A DNA stretch of 63,639 bases, filler included, from Craspedostauros australis (GCA_030167865.1; 15 parts of 15 records of this genome joined end to end with filler, not necessarily neighbours in it), one strand, 5' to 3'. Counted from the whole stretch's first letter, positions 25,371 to 39,202 are shown. Made by a program: numbers and translations. Notes: generated by a model from the letters alone, not told the origin.

Positions 25371-26107
25371 ACTTCTCTATGCGACAGTCTGGTGAGTCTC
25401 CTCTGGATGAAGTCGTCGAGTGTTTGTTCAGCATCGTCCAACCAATCGTGGATCTTGTCAACGACATCCTGCGCTTGGTCTTTGCCGCCTTTATATCTGG
25501 TGGCGATCCATTGGAGGATTGGCCTGTCTGCATCCGTTGCTTTGTCCCAACTTCTCGCGTCGGTTTCGAGACCATAAAAAGTGAACTCGTCATCTTCTTT
25601 GACGGCCGCAACGATATCTGTTCGTACATCGATTAACGGTTTCCACAGTTCACCTGCAGACTGTCCTTGTCCCAACACTCTCTCATCGAGCAGTTCCATG
25701 ACTGCTGCATCCTCCAACTCGGGGTCCCAGAAGCTGGCGTCGCTGAAGAGGTCCTTGTAGTTGTCGATGTCGAGTGGGATCGCAGGTGGCACTGCTGTTG
25801 CTTCGACTGGTTCGGGTGCTGCTGCATCCTCGTCGTTTGTATTGTCAGAAAACAGACGAGAGCCAGACCACCATCGTCGTGGTTGGTGTTGAAGTGGCGA
25901 AGTTGACACCAATGGCAAGGATGAGGGTGGTGATGAGGCTGGTGCGAAAGGGATCGAAGAGATGAATCTGGAGGCCGAGGGCAGTGGCAAGCATGTGCGT
26001 GGGACGATGAATCCCATCGCGGGGGTCACGAAGGTTGTCAGTGACACCATTGATGACATCCTCATCTTTCCCCTTGTTGGTCCACCGAGGCGGAGAGCGC
26101 AATACAT
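25371..26107 (-). CDS. Hypothetical protein, possibly organelle-targeted (3'-truncated)
   Basis: Long ORF with a Ser/Pro/Arg-rich presequence-like N-terminus (AMGF...SRLFS) followed by an acidic region; runs off the contig. Start codon uncertain. Confidence 0.65.
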
Positions 26108-26616
26108 GGCACGAGTATTGGTGGTGGCTGGCTGGCAGTTTGGTTGGAAGTTTGGTTGCTTGGCTTGTCGTCTTGCTGGATGCTTGTTTCGATGTGTGCC
26201 TACTTTGTGGGCAGAAATGGAGTCCTACGATGCATGCAGATGTATGGTCATGTGGAAGATGCGAGTGGTACTGTCATCGTCCGCGCTTTTGTTTGCTTCT
26301 TTTGGGGTTTTGCTGTGCTCCGTTGTCCAGAAACGATGACTTTTGTGCCTCGTCGCGATCTTTCGGATCGGTGGGCGATTCAAGGTTGCGGCGAACACTA
26401 ACTCGTGACTCGATAGACGTCATGATCTGCTCCGCACGGTATCATTCAGCTTTGGCAACACCTCATGGCGTTCAACGCCCTTCTCTGGCTTCAAGTGTTG
26501 CGCTACGTACGGTTACTACCTCATCAGCACTTCTCTGCGCCGCAGTGCTCCTATGCAACATGTCATGGAACAGCATTGATAGAGTACCCATGGTATGCCT
26601 TGTACGACTATCAATC

Positions 26617-27642
26617 TCATTCGGCCACCGCCAACGACGCCAACCTCTCTTGCACATCCTCCAACTCCGGAGCCTCACCCTTGACGTTAACAACCGCGAA
26701 GTCCATATCGCGGGCATAGTCGCCTTCGCAGATCTGCGCCGTCACTTCGGCCAGCGTGCTGCGCAGCGTGTCACCCAACAAGGTATCTCCCTGCGCGACC
26801 TCCACGTCCTGCGTCTGGACGTCCTTGTCGAGCTGGAACAGCGTGCCCAGGTAGTAGTTGTTATCGTACGGTCCGCCGAACAGCTGACCAGGACGCACGA
26901 TGGTGTAGGAATAACCCTGCGCCTCAGCCGACGACTGAATCGCGGCTTCTCCCGCCGCCTTGGCTGACAGCACGCCGCACGTGTTGAGGATTGGGAATGG
27001 CATCTGCTCCTTGCGTTGCACACCGATGGAGCTCAGCATGATGATGCGCTTTTGGGTCGTGCGGCATACCTTGTTCCACGTCTCCACCAGCAGCTGGTTC
27101 GACTTGTCATCGACATTGTTGGGCGTGTTGTAGCCTTGCGCATCCAAGCTTGCGATGGCATCCTGGATCTTGAATCCATTCTGTGTCAGGGCCTGCAGCA
27201 CATCGCCGCCGATTTCCGTCTCACCGCTGCGCGTCCAAGCCTTCGTGGGAAACGCCGTCGTGCCCGTGCAAATGACAACGGCGTTGGCCTTTTCCAAGGC
27301 CGGACGCAACGTCTCGGCAGCAGCGTCGGCGGAGCCGCATTGCAGCAGATCGGCCTCGAACAAGTCCACGCGATCGTCGAGGAAGGATGCGACGGACGAT
27401 GCGTCGCGCACGATGCCGTTGACCTTGTAGGTATCGGCCAATCGCAAGGCGACGAGCTTGCCGACGTTGCCCGAGGCTCCGACGACGGCGATGGTGTCGC
27501 CGGGCTTCAACGCGCCACCTGCGTTGGAAGATGGTGACGCATTGTTGCCGAATGGGAACTTGAATTCAAATGCCGTCGCGCGTTGCAGCACGAGGCATGC
27601 AAGCATGCCAGCGAGGAGGCGTTGGGATGATGCTGTCATCAT
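26617..27642 (-). CDS. Plastid-targeted atypical SDR / NAD(P)-binding Rossmann protein (TIC62-like family)
   Basis: Signal peptide ending ATA-F; VVGASGNVGK; ICTGTTAFP; LSSIGV; K..GE; YTIVRPGQL.GGPY. Confidence 0.9.
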   Translation of the reverse strand: MMTASSQRLLAGMLACLVLQRATAFEFKFPFGNNASPSSNAGGALKPGDTIAVVGASGNVGKLVALRLADTYKVNGIVRDASSVASFLDDRVDLFEADLLQCGSADAAAETLRPALEKANAVVICTGTTAFPTKAWTRSGETEIGGDVLQALTQNGFKIQDAIASLDAQGYNTPNNVDDKSNQLLVETWNKVCRTTQKRIIMLSSIGVQRKEQMPFPILNTCGVLSAKAAGEAAIQSSAEAQGYSYTIVRPGQLFGGPYDNNYYLGTLFQLDKDVQTQDVEVAQGDTLLGDTLRSTLAEVTAQICEGDYARDMDFAVVNVKGEAPELEDVQERLASLAVAE

Positions 27643-28172
27643 GTTGGGATGGTGTAGCGCACGTGGAGGCACAGTTCGTCTTGTGTGAAGACGACGGTGC
27701 TTGTGGAGGTTGAATCGAGGTTCGGGACGAGGACTTGTCGGCGTCGCTTTTGGGAAACGCACTCGTGTTGGAGATGTTGTTGTGTGACGTCACTGACAGG
27801 ATAATCGATTGGAGATCGTTTCGTGTTCTGTGCAATCGTGATCGGAGGTATCCGTGTTTGACAACTTCACAACATCGAAATCAAACCAAACCAAACCAAA
27901 TCAACCACAATGACAAATACTGCCATGATCCCAATCATCAGCAGTCGACCATCTCCGGACTGCTCCATGTCGCATCGCAACGCCAATACCAATGCCAACG
28001 ATAACAGAGTCGAATAGGTGATGATTGAATGTATCTCTATTTATCGCTTCGAGGAGGTGTATTCCATTGCCAACACCGTTGCAATGCCCTCGGGCCAAGT
28101 CTCTGTCTCACCTTTGTGTTGCACTCGAATACTCTGCCTCGAGATTCAACATCCACATGTGATGCCACTAGC

Positions 28173-31100
28173 TCACAAGTTGAAGAGATCGTTGGCCGTG
28201 AACAGAGTGCCGGAATCAAAGCTGTCGCGGTTGGGGAGGACGACATCGAGTCCTTCACTCGACTCCACGCCCATCCATTCCGCGATGGCATTCCATGGAC
28301 TCTCGTACGGCAACGTGGGGATCAGGTGCCCACGGCCAATGTTGTACGGACCGTCAGGAGACAAGTCATCTGGGTATGTTCCACGGATGACACCACCCTT
28401 GATGCTGCCGCCCATCATGAAACCGTTGCTGGCCCATCCGTGATCAGTGCCACCACGCGAGTTGGGGGTCAAGGTGCGTCCGAAATCAGAGCCGGTCATG
28501 ATCACGACGTCGTCCCATACATTCTGCCTCTCCATTTCAGCCACGAAGGACTCGAGGGCCCCGTTGACTTCCTGGAGCTTGGTGTTGATGTTGTTGCTAT
28601 TGCTCACGGCGTGATGATCGTATCCACCATGAGAAACGAAGATGACTTCGCGTTCGACATCTCTGTCGCCACGTGATTTGATCCATGTCGCGATCGACTC
28701 GAAAGAATCATTCAACCTTCCAGCCTTGAAGCCTTCGACCTGGTGGTTGCTGTAGAGATCTGCCATGATCTCTGTGTCGTTGATGGCATTCACCATCTGA
28801 GTTGACCAAACGTCACCGAAGAGACTGCTGTCATGCTCACTCGCGCTGTTCAAGGAGTTAAGCAGATCATCCATGTCATCAACTTCGGCACCTCTGTTGA
28901 ACGGCGCTGGGTTGCCTTGGGGAAGCTGCGTCACCGGATGATTCTTCTTCGGTGATCCCTTGACCACACGAGAGTTGCCACCAATCATGTTTGCCGAAGT
29001 CCTGTATCCAAGACCTCTCAAGGTATCGAGCATTCGCCCACCGACCCCAGATTCGCTGAGCTCCTTCTCGATGTCGAGCCGCTGTACCTCCTTCTGTTGG
29101 ATGTTGTGGGCAAAGAGCGACGTGCGCGTCTTGGACCTCCAGTCTTGCTTGGTGACGAGCTCATCCAGGACGCCGATGTTGGTGAAGAACATGGCTTCGT
29201 TGCGATTGTACAGTGTTCGCGCAAATGGGAATGCCTTGTTGATGCCGAAGTGCTCGCAGGGTTGATTGCTAGCGTTGATGGTGAGAAGGTCAGACTGTGG
29301 GAGGGCCACCGAGCCACGGATATCGCTGTACTGCTGGTACATATTCGTGGAACCACATCTGGACTTGGGAGCCAGCATGCTGAAGGAGTCCATGCCGCCA
29401 GAGAACATGAGGTAGATCACTGCCTTGTACGTGTTGGTCTTTCGAGGAATGGGCGGCTCAGCCAGGCGCGGTTCGCCGGTCAATCGGACGATGTTGTTGG
29501 AATGGAACTCCGGAGTGGTGACGAACAGCTGCTGTGCCAGTCGAATCGCCTTGTCCTCGTCTGTGTCCATGAAGGGAGAGATGGCATCGATGATGCGTTG
29601 GCGGTTCACCGATTGCAAACGCCCCGCTGTCAGCAAAAGCGAAAGCTCATCAATCAGATCTGACGCTGCAGTCGCGGTGGATGAAAACTGGAGCGATCCA
29701 AAGGACCTGGATGTATCGCCGACGTTTTTTCGGGACTCGCATCGTCTCAAACCGTTTGGCCTCAATTCTCCGAAACCACCGAAGCATTGTCTTGAGGTGA
29801 GGCCTGTAGTAGTAGATGAAGGGAAATGGAAGAAATAGGAGAGACAGCAGAGATTGTTTGGAAAGAAGATATTGGTGAGAAGGTGAGAAGAGAGATATGC
29901 ATATGAAGACAATAGTTGGGGTTCTGATGTGGAATGCCATCGCGTGGTAAGCTGTGAAGCACATGAACGTCAACAGAGTGCTCCGACTCCGACCTACCAT
30001 ACTGAGTCATGCTGAATAGCCCATTGAGCATGCCGGTGACTGTCGATGCTGACATGGCTTGAGCCTCCGGCGAATACAGAGATGCATCTGAGACTCCTCC
30101 AGATGGAACGAAATCGGAGAGGAAGAATGAAAACACGCTCGGGGCCTCGTAGATGCCTTCACCGATCTTGCTCCCCATACCTGCAAGGAATGGCCACATG
30201 ATCGGGCTGTCATTTTCGTACGACATGGATCGCAGGACAGCGATCACCTTGAGCAGCGGCTCGCGAAGCTGACCGTGTGCTGGGTCCGAGTCCAGAGCTA
30301 GAGATCGTGACTCTCTGTCCAGCAAGATGGCTGCCATCAAGGCACCGATGTCACCGTACTGCGCTGAGCCGATTCCGGAATATATGCCCTTCTTGTAGGC
30401 ATTCGAAACTGACTTGACGAAGCGTGGAGATGGGTTAGAGAACCCGAATCGTTGGAGCATTCGAACTGCCAAGAAAGGAGCGTGGCTTGGGTGGTAGAAG
30501 TAATGATCCAGAGCGGCATCGGTCTCATGGTAGGCGTCGCGGGCCTCGGGGTTGGCGAAACTCATGAAGTGGACTGGGTTGCGGAAGGAGAAGTCGTCAT
30601 TTCCAATAGCGACAGTAGGCTGGACGTTCTTCAGGAATAGAACTCTTTTCTTGTCGACAACGCGGAATACAGTTTCCTCGTTGAAGTTGCTGCATGTGCT
30701 TGATCCCCCTCTCGTGTACGCAGTGACTCCCGCTGGCAGCTTCTTCGAACAGCGCCCACGGGATCTATACACTCCCTGAGGCATGGATGTTGGATCTGGG
30801 GCTCCAATGGGGAGATTTCCCAGGATACTGCTCAGAGAAATTGTAGAATCAGTTGCGGAGCTGAAGTATGGGTTGAATGTTGTGCTGGTATCACAGATGC
30901 ATGATGATCCCATCTTGGTGCACGTTCCGCTCGATCCAGAGCAGTTGTTGGATGCCTTGGGGAAGTCGCCATCCTTCCACGATACCTTGAAGAAGTTCTT
31001 CGTGTCTTTTCCAAGACCTGACAGGATGGACTGATCACCTGTTGGATCGGCCTCTATCGATGGTAGTGACGGAGTCACGATCGATTATGATCATATCAAC

Positions 31101-34100
31101 ATGAGTGGCGGGAGTGTAGCATGATGTTCACATGGATATGGATGTAAAGCAAGCAAGCAAAGCAAGACAATGCAAAATCATGGGTTGCGCAAAGGTGTGA
31201 GAGAAGGAAAACGTTGGCCTGTACATACTCGTATGTGCATACTCGTGACCAATCCACAATCTTCTCTTGCATGATGACATTCATACATGCACATACCTGG
31301 ATTGTGAACAATGGCAACATGACCTTCCGTATCGACCTTGGCTTGGATGGCGCAAGAACCTGATGTCCACCTGTATGACAGCGGAAGCCGCTCGCTCATT
31401 GCGTTGCTATCTTTGGCACAAATACCTGCAGTCCTGCTTTGAATCAACGCGATGTCGCATTGCACCTTTCCAATATCAGCGCATCTCTGCTCTGCTGTTG
31501 CGTACTTCACCCTCTCGCCCTGGTAGGCACAAGTCATGGTTGCCCTTGGAATAATACCGGAGTTGAGATCGGCTTGATCACAGCAGCTTGCTTGTGCTAC
31601 TTCGGTGAGAGGGTTAGCACAGAGCATGTTCCTCGTCGCTCCTCTGCTGTTGGAGGAATCCACAACGCGCTTGGCGTCGTCGTAGAATGCATACTCAGCG
31701 CAGGCTGGTCGGACGTACTCGTAGTAAATCGGGGTGGGTGATGCATCGACCCTGATGGTGCGAATAGTGTCGACGTTGAGCTCGTCGCTGTCTTGGTGAT
31801 TGGTGTAGTCCAAGTTCTCTTGCAGCACCACCTTGCCCGGGTAGGTGCAGGCACTGCCATCAATCTGGCTCGCACAGAGCTTTGAATAGAGCGGGCTGGA
31901 GCTGTCGAGGCTGAGGCGAATGATTTCTGGATCGTTCTCCCATGATGCCATATCCTTCTGGAGTTCGGGCGAGGCCTTTGATCCCAGCAGGCGGTACACC
32001 GCTCCCTTCCGGAGGAAGTGCTGGGGTGGAAGGTCAGAGCAGAGCGGGTACTGGTCGCCAAGGAAGCCGTTGTACAAGTTTGATTTGGGGAAAACATCGC
32101 GCCATCGACTGTGGTTTGGGGTTCAACAAAGAGGTTCGTCGAGAGATAGGTGGATAGAATGGAAGCGAAGTGACGTTTGATGAGAGAGCCACGCAGACAA
32201 CAGAATGCAGAAAGCAGAAAGAAGAGAGATTGTAAAGGAGAGTGAGAAGATTGAAGCGGGCCAAGATGTCGGGCTGGGTGGTAGGACGAGGATGCACATG
32301 GGAAGTGACATGGCGTTTCTTTGATGAGATGCATGTCATTTGCAACCTCCATTTCGCCAAGCTTCGATGGACACCTCGCATTCGCATAGTACTTACGCAT
32401 GGATGATCATTGGATCAACCCTGTCGCCGCCCATTTCGTAGTTCCCACGCGTTTGCTGACGTCTCATGCCTGTCCACGCCCTTGCAAATGATGTGATGTC
32501 GTCGTTGTCGTACGTCTGGATCGGTTCACCCTGAGAATCCAGCTTGGCAGTTCCATCCATGTTCAACTCATACAGCCCAATAGAGAAGAGCTGCATGATC
32601 TCTCGTGCGAAGTTCTCATCTGGATGCGACGTGCGGCCGAAGTCTTTGGAGTATTGGAAGCTTGTTGATCCGATCGATGACAGCATCTCACCCATTCGAT
32701 CGTGGAAGGCGACTCTCTTCAGGATGTCACGGTAGCTGCCAAAGGCACCCCGGACGAAGATGTCGAAGTAATCCAGATTGTTCTCAGTACTCTCGGTCTC
32801 ACCCAACAGCTGAGGACTCACCACCAGAATCTGGCTCAAAGCAAAGGCAACCCGTTGCCGCAGTTGATCGGCACTGTTGAGGGAGATGTGCGCCCAGATG
32901 GTCTGTCGTTGTGCGCGGTAGATCGATGTGGGAACTGGGTTGTCGGGGAAGCGATCATCATCGAAAGATTCGACGAAGAATCCTGATCCCAACGATGGAT
33001 CGTTCGCAACTTCACCGATGGATCCACAGACGACCACGCCGTTGCCACTTGGATTGACGGGGACGGATCCAAACTCTTCGCGGAGGCTGTCGGTTTGGAG
33101 GTTCTCTGGAAGCCTTGAGAATGGAATCATATCACCCAGCTTGCCAAGGAGCGGACGCTGCTTGGACTTGTTCACGATGTTTGTGTAGAACCTAAAATTG
33201 CCGTTGGAGTGGTGGCTATTTGGGAACGTGAGTATGGCCAGGTCATGCTCGGCCCACTTCTGGATATTGTATGCGCCGCCGTTGTGTTCAGATGCCCAGG
33301 TGGTGAGATCGTAGACGTTGAGGTTGAGGCTGTGGACATGCTGCCAGCATTGGCCATCCAGTCCCTTGATGTAACCCAGTGAGGTCTTGTCTTCGTCGGC
33401 TTCGCTGCAGGTTTGAGTTTCGAACAATCGAACGTCCTTCTGAAGCGGTGGTTCCTCCATGTTGCCATCAAATCCTGGTTGGAGAAGCGTGGCGAATGCG
33501 GCCTCTGTCTCATCGCCGACATGACGGTAATCGTTGCCCGCGCAGAAGGAGTCGCCCACACGCATCCAGCGAGAATATCGATTCCTGAACCTGGCGCATG
33601 GCGGTGGCTGGTACCGTTGCACTCGTCCTCTCTTGTCGGTGTATGTCTCGTCATTGAGTGGGAGATTTTCAACGGCATAAACCTGCTCGCAGAAGTAGTA
33701 GCAGTAGCAATATGGACGGCGACGATTGTGTGTCGATGAAGTGAGTCACAAGTGGAGCAGGGTAGAAATGAACGAATGCAGCGATGAATGAATCGATGGA
33801 TGGGCAAAGTAACCATGGAAGAACGGTGAGAGAGATATTCGGTTTCGAGGGAAGTGCACTGTTAGATTCGGCAAAGAGAGGAAGCAGCGCACGATGAGCG
33901 TCCCAAAGCATCGACTTACATATCGTCCTTCGATACTGTACACCCTCTTCAAGAAGTCTTCGGTAAGCTTGACAGAGAAGACAGGCGGTTCGTCGGCGCT
34001 GCAGGCTGTCGGAGCCGTGCTCAAGACGCAGTGATCCTCGTTGATGAAAGATCGTGCGACGTTGGGACACTTCACCTTGTTGTCCGAAGACAGGGCGACG

Positions 34101-35464
34101 GCGCCACCTCCATCCGCAAGCGGATTCTCGAGGGTGTTCTCCAGCAGAACCAAGTGAGGATCGTAGAGCAAGTACTCTGGCATGCCGTTCTTGACGGTTC
34201 GGCCGAATACGGTGGGGGTGATGGTGTTTGGGTTGATCTCGATGGCGTCGCAAGCGGTATCGGCGAGATCTTCTGTGAGGCGGAACTCATCGTCGGCTTG
34301 GAAGGCCTCCCATAATTCGCTGGTGTAGGTGTTGTCGTCGACGTTTGCGATTCCGATGAAACCGGCATCCAAAGCTGGGAGGTCGACCATATATGCGTTA
34401 TCGCCACCGCTGCCGCCAGAGAGGGATGCTGGATCAATGTAAACGGGTGGATTTCCATTTCTGAACTGACGGCACTTGGAATCGTTTTGGCCGGACTTCT
34501 TGACGCGGAAAGGAGCAGAGACGCTCTCTTGATAAAAGGTAGCACTTGTTCCGCAAATGACGTATTCTGTATCGAGCTCTGCGTCGGTTGCGGACCCAAC
34601 ATTGATGGTTCCGGTGTTGTCCGAGAACTTGACCAGCTCGATCTTGGAGAGGACCAGTGTGCGTGGCACACCGTCAACCTTGAGGAGGTAGTCGCCCCCT
34701 CCAGCAGATTCGATCGTCAAGGACTTGCCAGTGTCCTGAGAAGTGAAGGCGAAGTTCCTCCAGCGGGATTCCTTGGAGCACGGGTGTGGGCCCGCCTCAC
34801 CAGCAGTCATGGGCGTCTCGGTTCGTTCGTTGGCACGCTTGCGGTAGAACTCGCGATGAGAGGTGATGGGGAGCTCCATCTGTCTGATGACCCATCGCTT
34901 GAAGCTTGCGGCAGTGTGCGACAAGTCCGAGCTTGTCAAGTCGGCTGGTGTCACACCAAACGATGCCTTCTCCAAAAAGCGGACGATGACGGCCTTCTTG
35001 CCTTCCTCTCTGCCAGTGCGTGCATATCGGCCGTACGAAGTGAGGACGTAGGCCTCCGAGTCGCCTAGCGGAGGCAGAGTCATGCGGCATCCAGTGTTGC
35101 CAGCTTCTGGATTGATTCCGGAACAGTCGATGGAAAACTTCCCAGCTGCACGACCAGCGGAGACCTCCCAATTTTTGTTGTCATAGCTGCGAGCGATGGG
35201 TGCGAAGTAGGGATCTTCGGGATCGGTGGAGACCGCCGTGACGGTGCACACTCCGTATCGAAACTTCGTCAATTCGACGCTTGTCTCGGTGAGTTCGATG
35301 GGGGCATCTCCGACGCTGGGGCAGTCGTACGCAGTGAACTGCGCAGTGGCGGTGGTCGGAAAGGCGATGGCGAGCGCCATTGTCATCAACGCCATGCGGC
35401 GAAAGACGCCACCAAAGGTGGTGAATGTCTTCACCATCGGATGATGGAGATGCTTGGATGGCAT
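28173..35464 (-). CDS. Secreted DUF1800-DUF1501 fusion protein, ~2104 aa; 5 exons: 35464-33920, 33682-32397, 32108-31297, 31038-29998, 29803-28173
   Basis: DUF1800 motifs RFLEKASFG, QLRQRVAFALSQILVVS, PDENFAREIMQLFSIGL, SNPSP and GQLREP; DUF1501 motifs LMFSGGMDSFSML and SDFGRTLTPN..GTDHGW. The GT-AG introns give a continuous 6315-nt frame. Signal peptide MALAIAFPTTATA; exact start codon uncertain. Confidence 0.9.
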
Positions 35465-37504
35465 GGTGGTAATCTCTCTACTGTTTGTGCACGTGTCCAC
35501 CAGTATGTCGAGATGTGAATATGAGCAATGGACAAGAGGTTGGTATTATGAAATCGATGAACGATTCGGAAGGATGGCGTTGATGATGTACGGGTACGTA
35601 TGGTACGGAGCTGTGTGAGAATGTGTTTGCTATCGAACAAGTGTTGGAAGGGGTGGGTGTTATGCCGACACTATCCGATACGAGTGTTGGCAGAGCGCAG
35701 CGGATGAACGTGGACATGTTTTTCTGCCGACCCTCCCGCGCCACATCAGCAAATTGTCGGCTGTTGTTTCCCACCGCAACCTCGTCTCGATGTTCTCACG
35801 GAGACGCGCCGCACATTCCATCACTCGCAATGACGCTGTCATCGTTGGGGTACTGTTGGGCTATTGCGTTTTTCGACGACTGAATCTTACATGGGAGCCG
35901 AAGTACGGTCACTGTTCTGTCCAGTACCTCTGTTGTAACTTTGGTCTTCGGCTTCGCTCGGCGCAATGGGACGCAATGTTGATGATGAGGACGTCAATGC
36001 GGGGCTTGTCGATGATGTGCTCTTCCTTCCACTCTTGTATACGTATGTGTATGCGTATGCTTCTGTTTGCCGTGTATAAAGTGTGGTCAAGTACGAGCTC
36101 GAGTAGAGTATAGTAGAGTGGAGGACTCCTTGCTGTCTGCTGGTGGTTTCACTTTTGCAGGCGAGGATGGATTGTGAGCAGTTGCATTTTGTGAGATCAA
36201 TCAAACCACCTCCAAGTATTCCTCGGGCTGGCTTCCACCACTGGCATCATCAACGGTTGCGAAGGACTGGCGGAGATGAGGCGCAGTGACCATCTTGATG
36301 TTGTGAATAGCCATTCGGCATTGTTTCCAAACACAGAAAGCATTGGGGCGACAAGAGGGAGTCGTGGTCATGTTCTCCCATGGCATTTGCGAAATGGGAG
36401 TGGGGGTTCGCAAGAGTAAACCAAGAAGTCATTGTGCGTGACCTCGAGATCACAACATGACTACGTTGGCGATGCTCCATAATAATTGGGAGGAAGGACA
36501 CGAATGCTGTGTCACATCGTATTGTAAATGACTGGAATGATGACACCGATACCTGTGTCAATTTCTCAGCAACAACGAACATGGTCTTCCAACACAATCA
36601 GTCACCTCACATTTCGCCAGTGGTCGCCACGAAACAAGAACAACCGTGTCTTGTCGAAATGCACATTGACGCAGCGCATGTACGATCGATGGTATGTATG
36701 TATGTAGTGAAAACATATATAATACCGTCCATCTGTGCTATGTTCTCCTCTCCTCTCTCATACTGTCATTTGCTCAGATCTGCCGTGACCCACTCTGGAA
36801 GAGCGCTTCCACGCGAAACATCACAAGGCCACAACAGCCATGTGCGCCACTTATCACCTTGGCCCATGTGTCCGCATGTGGTTGTTGGATGAAGTCACCG
36901 CTCGTGCTGCATGTTCAGACTCCGACGAAGAGCAGGCACATGCGACTGTCAACCCCACCAGTCGCTAGTCCTTTGCAGAAGTTTCTCCCTGAGAGGTGCA
37001 CTATACTCTTTATGTGCGATCTTGGTGAGAGCAGGTACTGGTGCCGGATTGGCGTGAGATAGCTCGTCTGCAGAATACAAATAATCTGCCTTGGTGCGAA
37101 GGACGCCAAGTCCTGTGCTCCCGACTTCGCTATCAACAGCAAGGTCCGTTCCTGTCTTCCGTCGTGTGATGATGAAGAGCCTATTGCAAGTTTGAAGAGC
37201 TTCATCAGAAAGACAGACAACACAAAATGTCATGTTCATCGACAGACAGACAATCGAAAATCCATACAGACAGACCAGACTGCTCTATCTACATAGTCTA
37301 GACCAGCTCGCTCCGTCTCCTTTCTTTCATTCACTCCTCTCGCCCTCGTTTGATCATTTGCTGCCATTCCTGTCCTTGCTCGTATTCTGAGCCTAAATCA
37401 TTGTGCATTGCATTGCGTTGCATTGCCTTGTTGAATTCATTGCAGAATAGTTGTACAGTTCTCTATTGTTTTAGGCAAGTCGATAATTCATTCAGCAATC
37501 TCAT

Positions 37505-39202
37505 TCACCTCCTTCTGTTGCTGCTGGTTGTGGCGCGTGCGTCGATCGGCAGTTCCTTTGCCACCGATCCTTCGGAAGATGTCGCAGAGTCCATCGTGAA
37601 TGGATGCCCCATGTCCATCTGCACCTCCTGGCTCAAATCCCCCGGATGCTCATCATCTCCATCAGCAGCTGTAGCCGCCGCATCATTGAACGAAAGCACC
37701 TTGTGAATGTCGGCGGACTTCAAGCCACTCACGACGCAGGCCGTGACCATGAGCACTCCGCCCACCACATCGTTCGATCCGAAGCTCTCACCCAGCAACC
37801 CCGCCGCAAACAAGGCGGCCCACATGGGCTCCGTCGCCAAGATGACGGACGCTTGCGCCGAGGGAACGCGGCTCAGCGCATTCATCTCGATGAGGAAGGA
37901 CAGCGCCGTCGACACGAACCCCGTCCAGGCAATGGCACAGGCCGCCGTTCGCAGGCTGGGCTCGAAGAAGATGCCTGGCAGAGTGTAGGATTGCCAATCG
38001 GCCATGCCCCACATCCAGCCATCCGCGACGCACCATATGCTGGAGACGGCGGCGGCCGTGGCAATCAGCGTGGCCGTGACCGGCAGGGCCTGATCGGGCT
38101 TCTCGGCGACCATGCGTTCGGACAAGTAGACTTGCGTGCCGAATGAGACGGCCTGCAGCAAGGCGAGGGCGTCGCCCATGCCTCCGTTGAAGGCCATCGA
38201 TGTGACGCCGCCGCCCGTGTTGCCGAAGAGTTCCAGACAGGCCACGCCCATCATGCAGAGGATGGCCGCCATCCAGGTCTGCGGTGCCTCCTTCCAGGAC
38301 ATGGGTTTTCCGTCGATCGCCCATGCGAGGAAGGGGCACACGAGGACGGTGGCCGAACCCAGGAAGGAGACGGTGGCCGGGCTGGTGTCGACGAGGGCCA
38401 TCGATTGCGTGATGTATCCCGCCGACGTGCAGAGACCGGCGAAGACGGACATGCGACGCAAGGACGGATCGAGCTTGGAGAGGAAGGGGGACAGCGCAAG
38501 TGCCGCCAGCACCATGCGCGCCGACGTGGCGGCCGCGGGCGAAGGCATGGTCTCGGCCATGATGGTGCCCAACGGGAAGTTGGTGGCGTAGAAGCAAGCG
38601 ATGGCGGCCAAGACCAACCGGGGTCCCCAGAATCCGGACAGGAGGTCTTCCAGGAAGGCGCCGATCGCGTTGGGCTGCTGCTGCTGCTGATTCGAGAGGA
38701 TCGGGTCGTCGCTGCTGGGGTTGAAGACGTAGTCACCGTTGGCGTTGTTAGCGTTGTTATTGCTGTTGCCGTTGATGGAAGCACGCGCGGGATCCATGTC
38801 CATGAGATCCTGTCCAATGACGGAGCCGCTGGTGGACGAGGTCACGTGCAACGAAGACGTCGCATTGCGAAATTGCTTGCGGTGGGCGAAGAAGTCCTGG
38901 GGCGAGGACGACTTGGAGGTGGCGAAGAGCGCAAATGGCGATTGGTTGGCGGAGGTGGCGTGGCTGGCACCCAATCCGGCAGGGACGGAGAAGGCACGCA
39001 CGCAGAGCGGACCGCCCAGTTGCATAATCATGACCGCCACCACGAGGCTGCAGAAGGTCATGGATCTTGCAGATTGGCGAGGCTGCATGGGTTGGGTCAT
39101 CGTCCGTCTTTTACTTCCTGTTGGCTTGTCCATGTCCATGTTCATGTTCATGTTCATGCTCATTGTTGTTATTGTTGTCGTTGTCGTTGTCATCTTTGGC
39201 AC
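37505..39202 (-). CDS. EamA/DMT-family transporter, probably plastid-targeted
   Basis: About 10 hydrophobic segments in two EamA halves (GYITQSMAL..TS; GD.L.LL.A; ASVILATEPMWAALFA..LLGE). Signal peptide ending VRA-F followed by a Ser/Thr-rich transit region. Start codon uncertain. Confidence 0.88.
   Translation of the reverse strand: MPKMTTTTTTITTMSMNMNMNMDMDKPTGSKRRTMTQPMQPRQSARSMTFCSLVVAVMIMQLGGPLCVRAFSVPAGLGASHATSANQSPFALFATSKSSSPQDFFAHRKQFRNATSSLHVTSSTSGSVIGQDLMDMDPARASINGNSNNNANNANGDYVFNPSSDDPILSNQQQQQPNAIGAFLEDLLSGFWGPRLVLAAIACFYATNFPLGTIMAETMPSPAAATSARMVLAALALSPFLSKLDPSLRRMSVFAGLCTSAGYITQSMALVDTSPATVSFLGSATVLVCPFLAWAIDGKPMSWKEAPQTWMAAILCMMGVACLELFGNTGGGVTSMAFNGGMGDALALLQAVSFGTQVYLSERMVAEKPDQALPVTATLIATAAAVSSIWCVADGWMWGMADWQSYTLPGIFFEPSLRTAACAIAWTGFVSTALSFLIEMNALSRVPSAQASVILATEPMWAALFAAGLLGESFGSNDVVGGVLMVTACVVSGLKSADIHKVLSFNDAAATAADGDDEHPGDLSQEVQMDMGHPFTMDSATSSEGSVAKELPIDARATTSSNRRR

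Noticed and set aside
36200..37240. Possible RING-like or degraded gene (CVVCL, CFLCL)
   Set aside because: Only short ORFs; no complete motif or consistent exon chain could be built.
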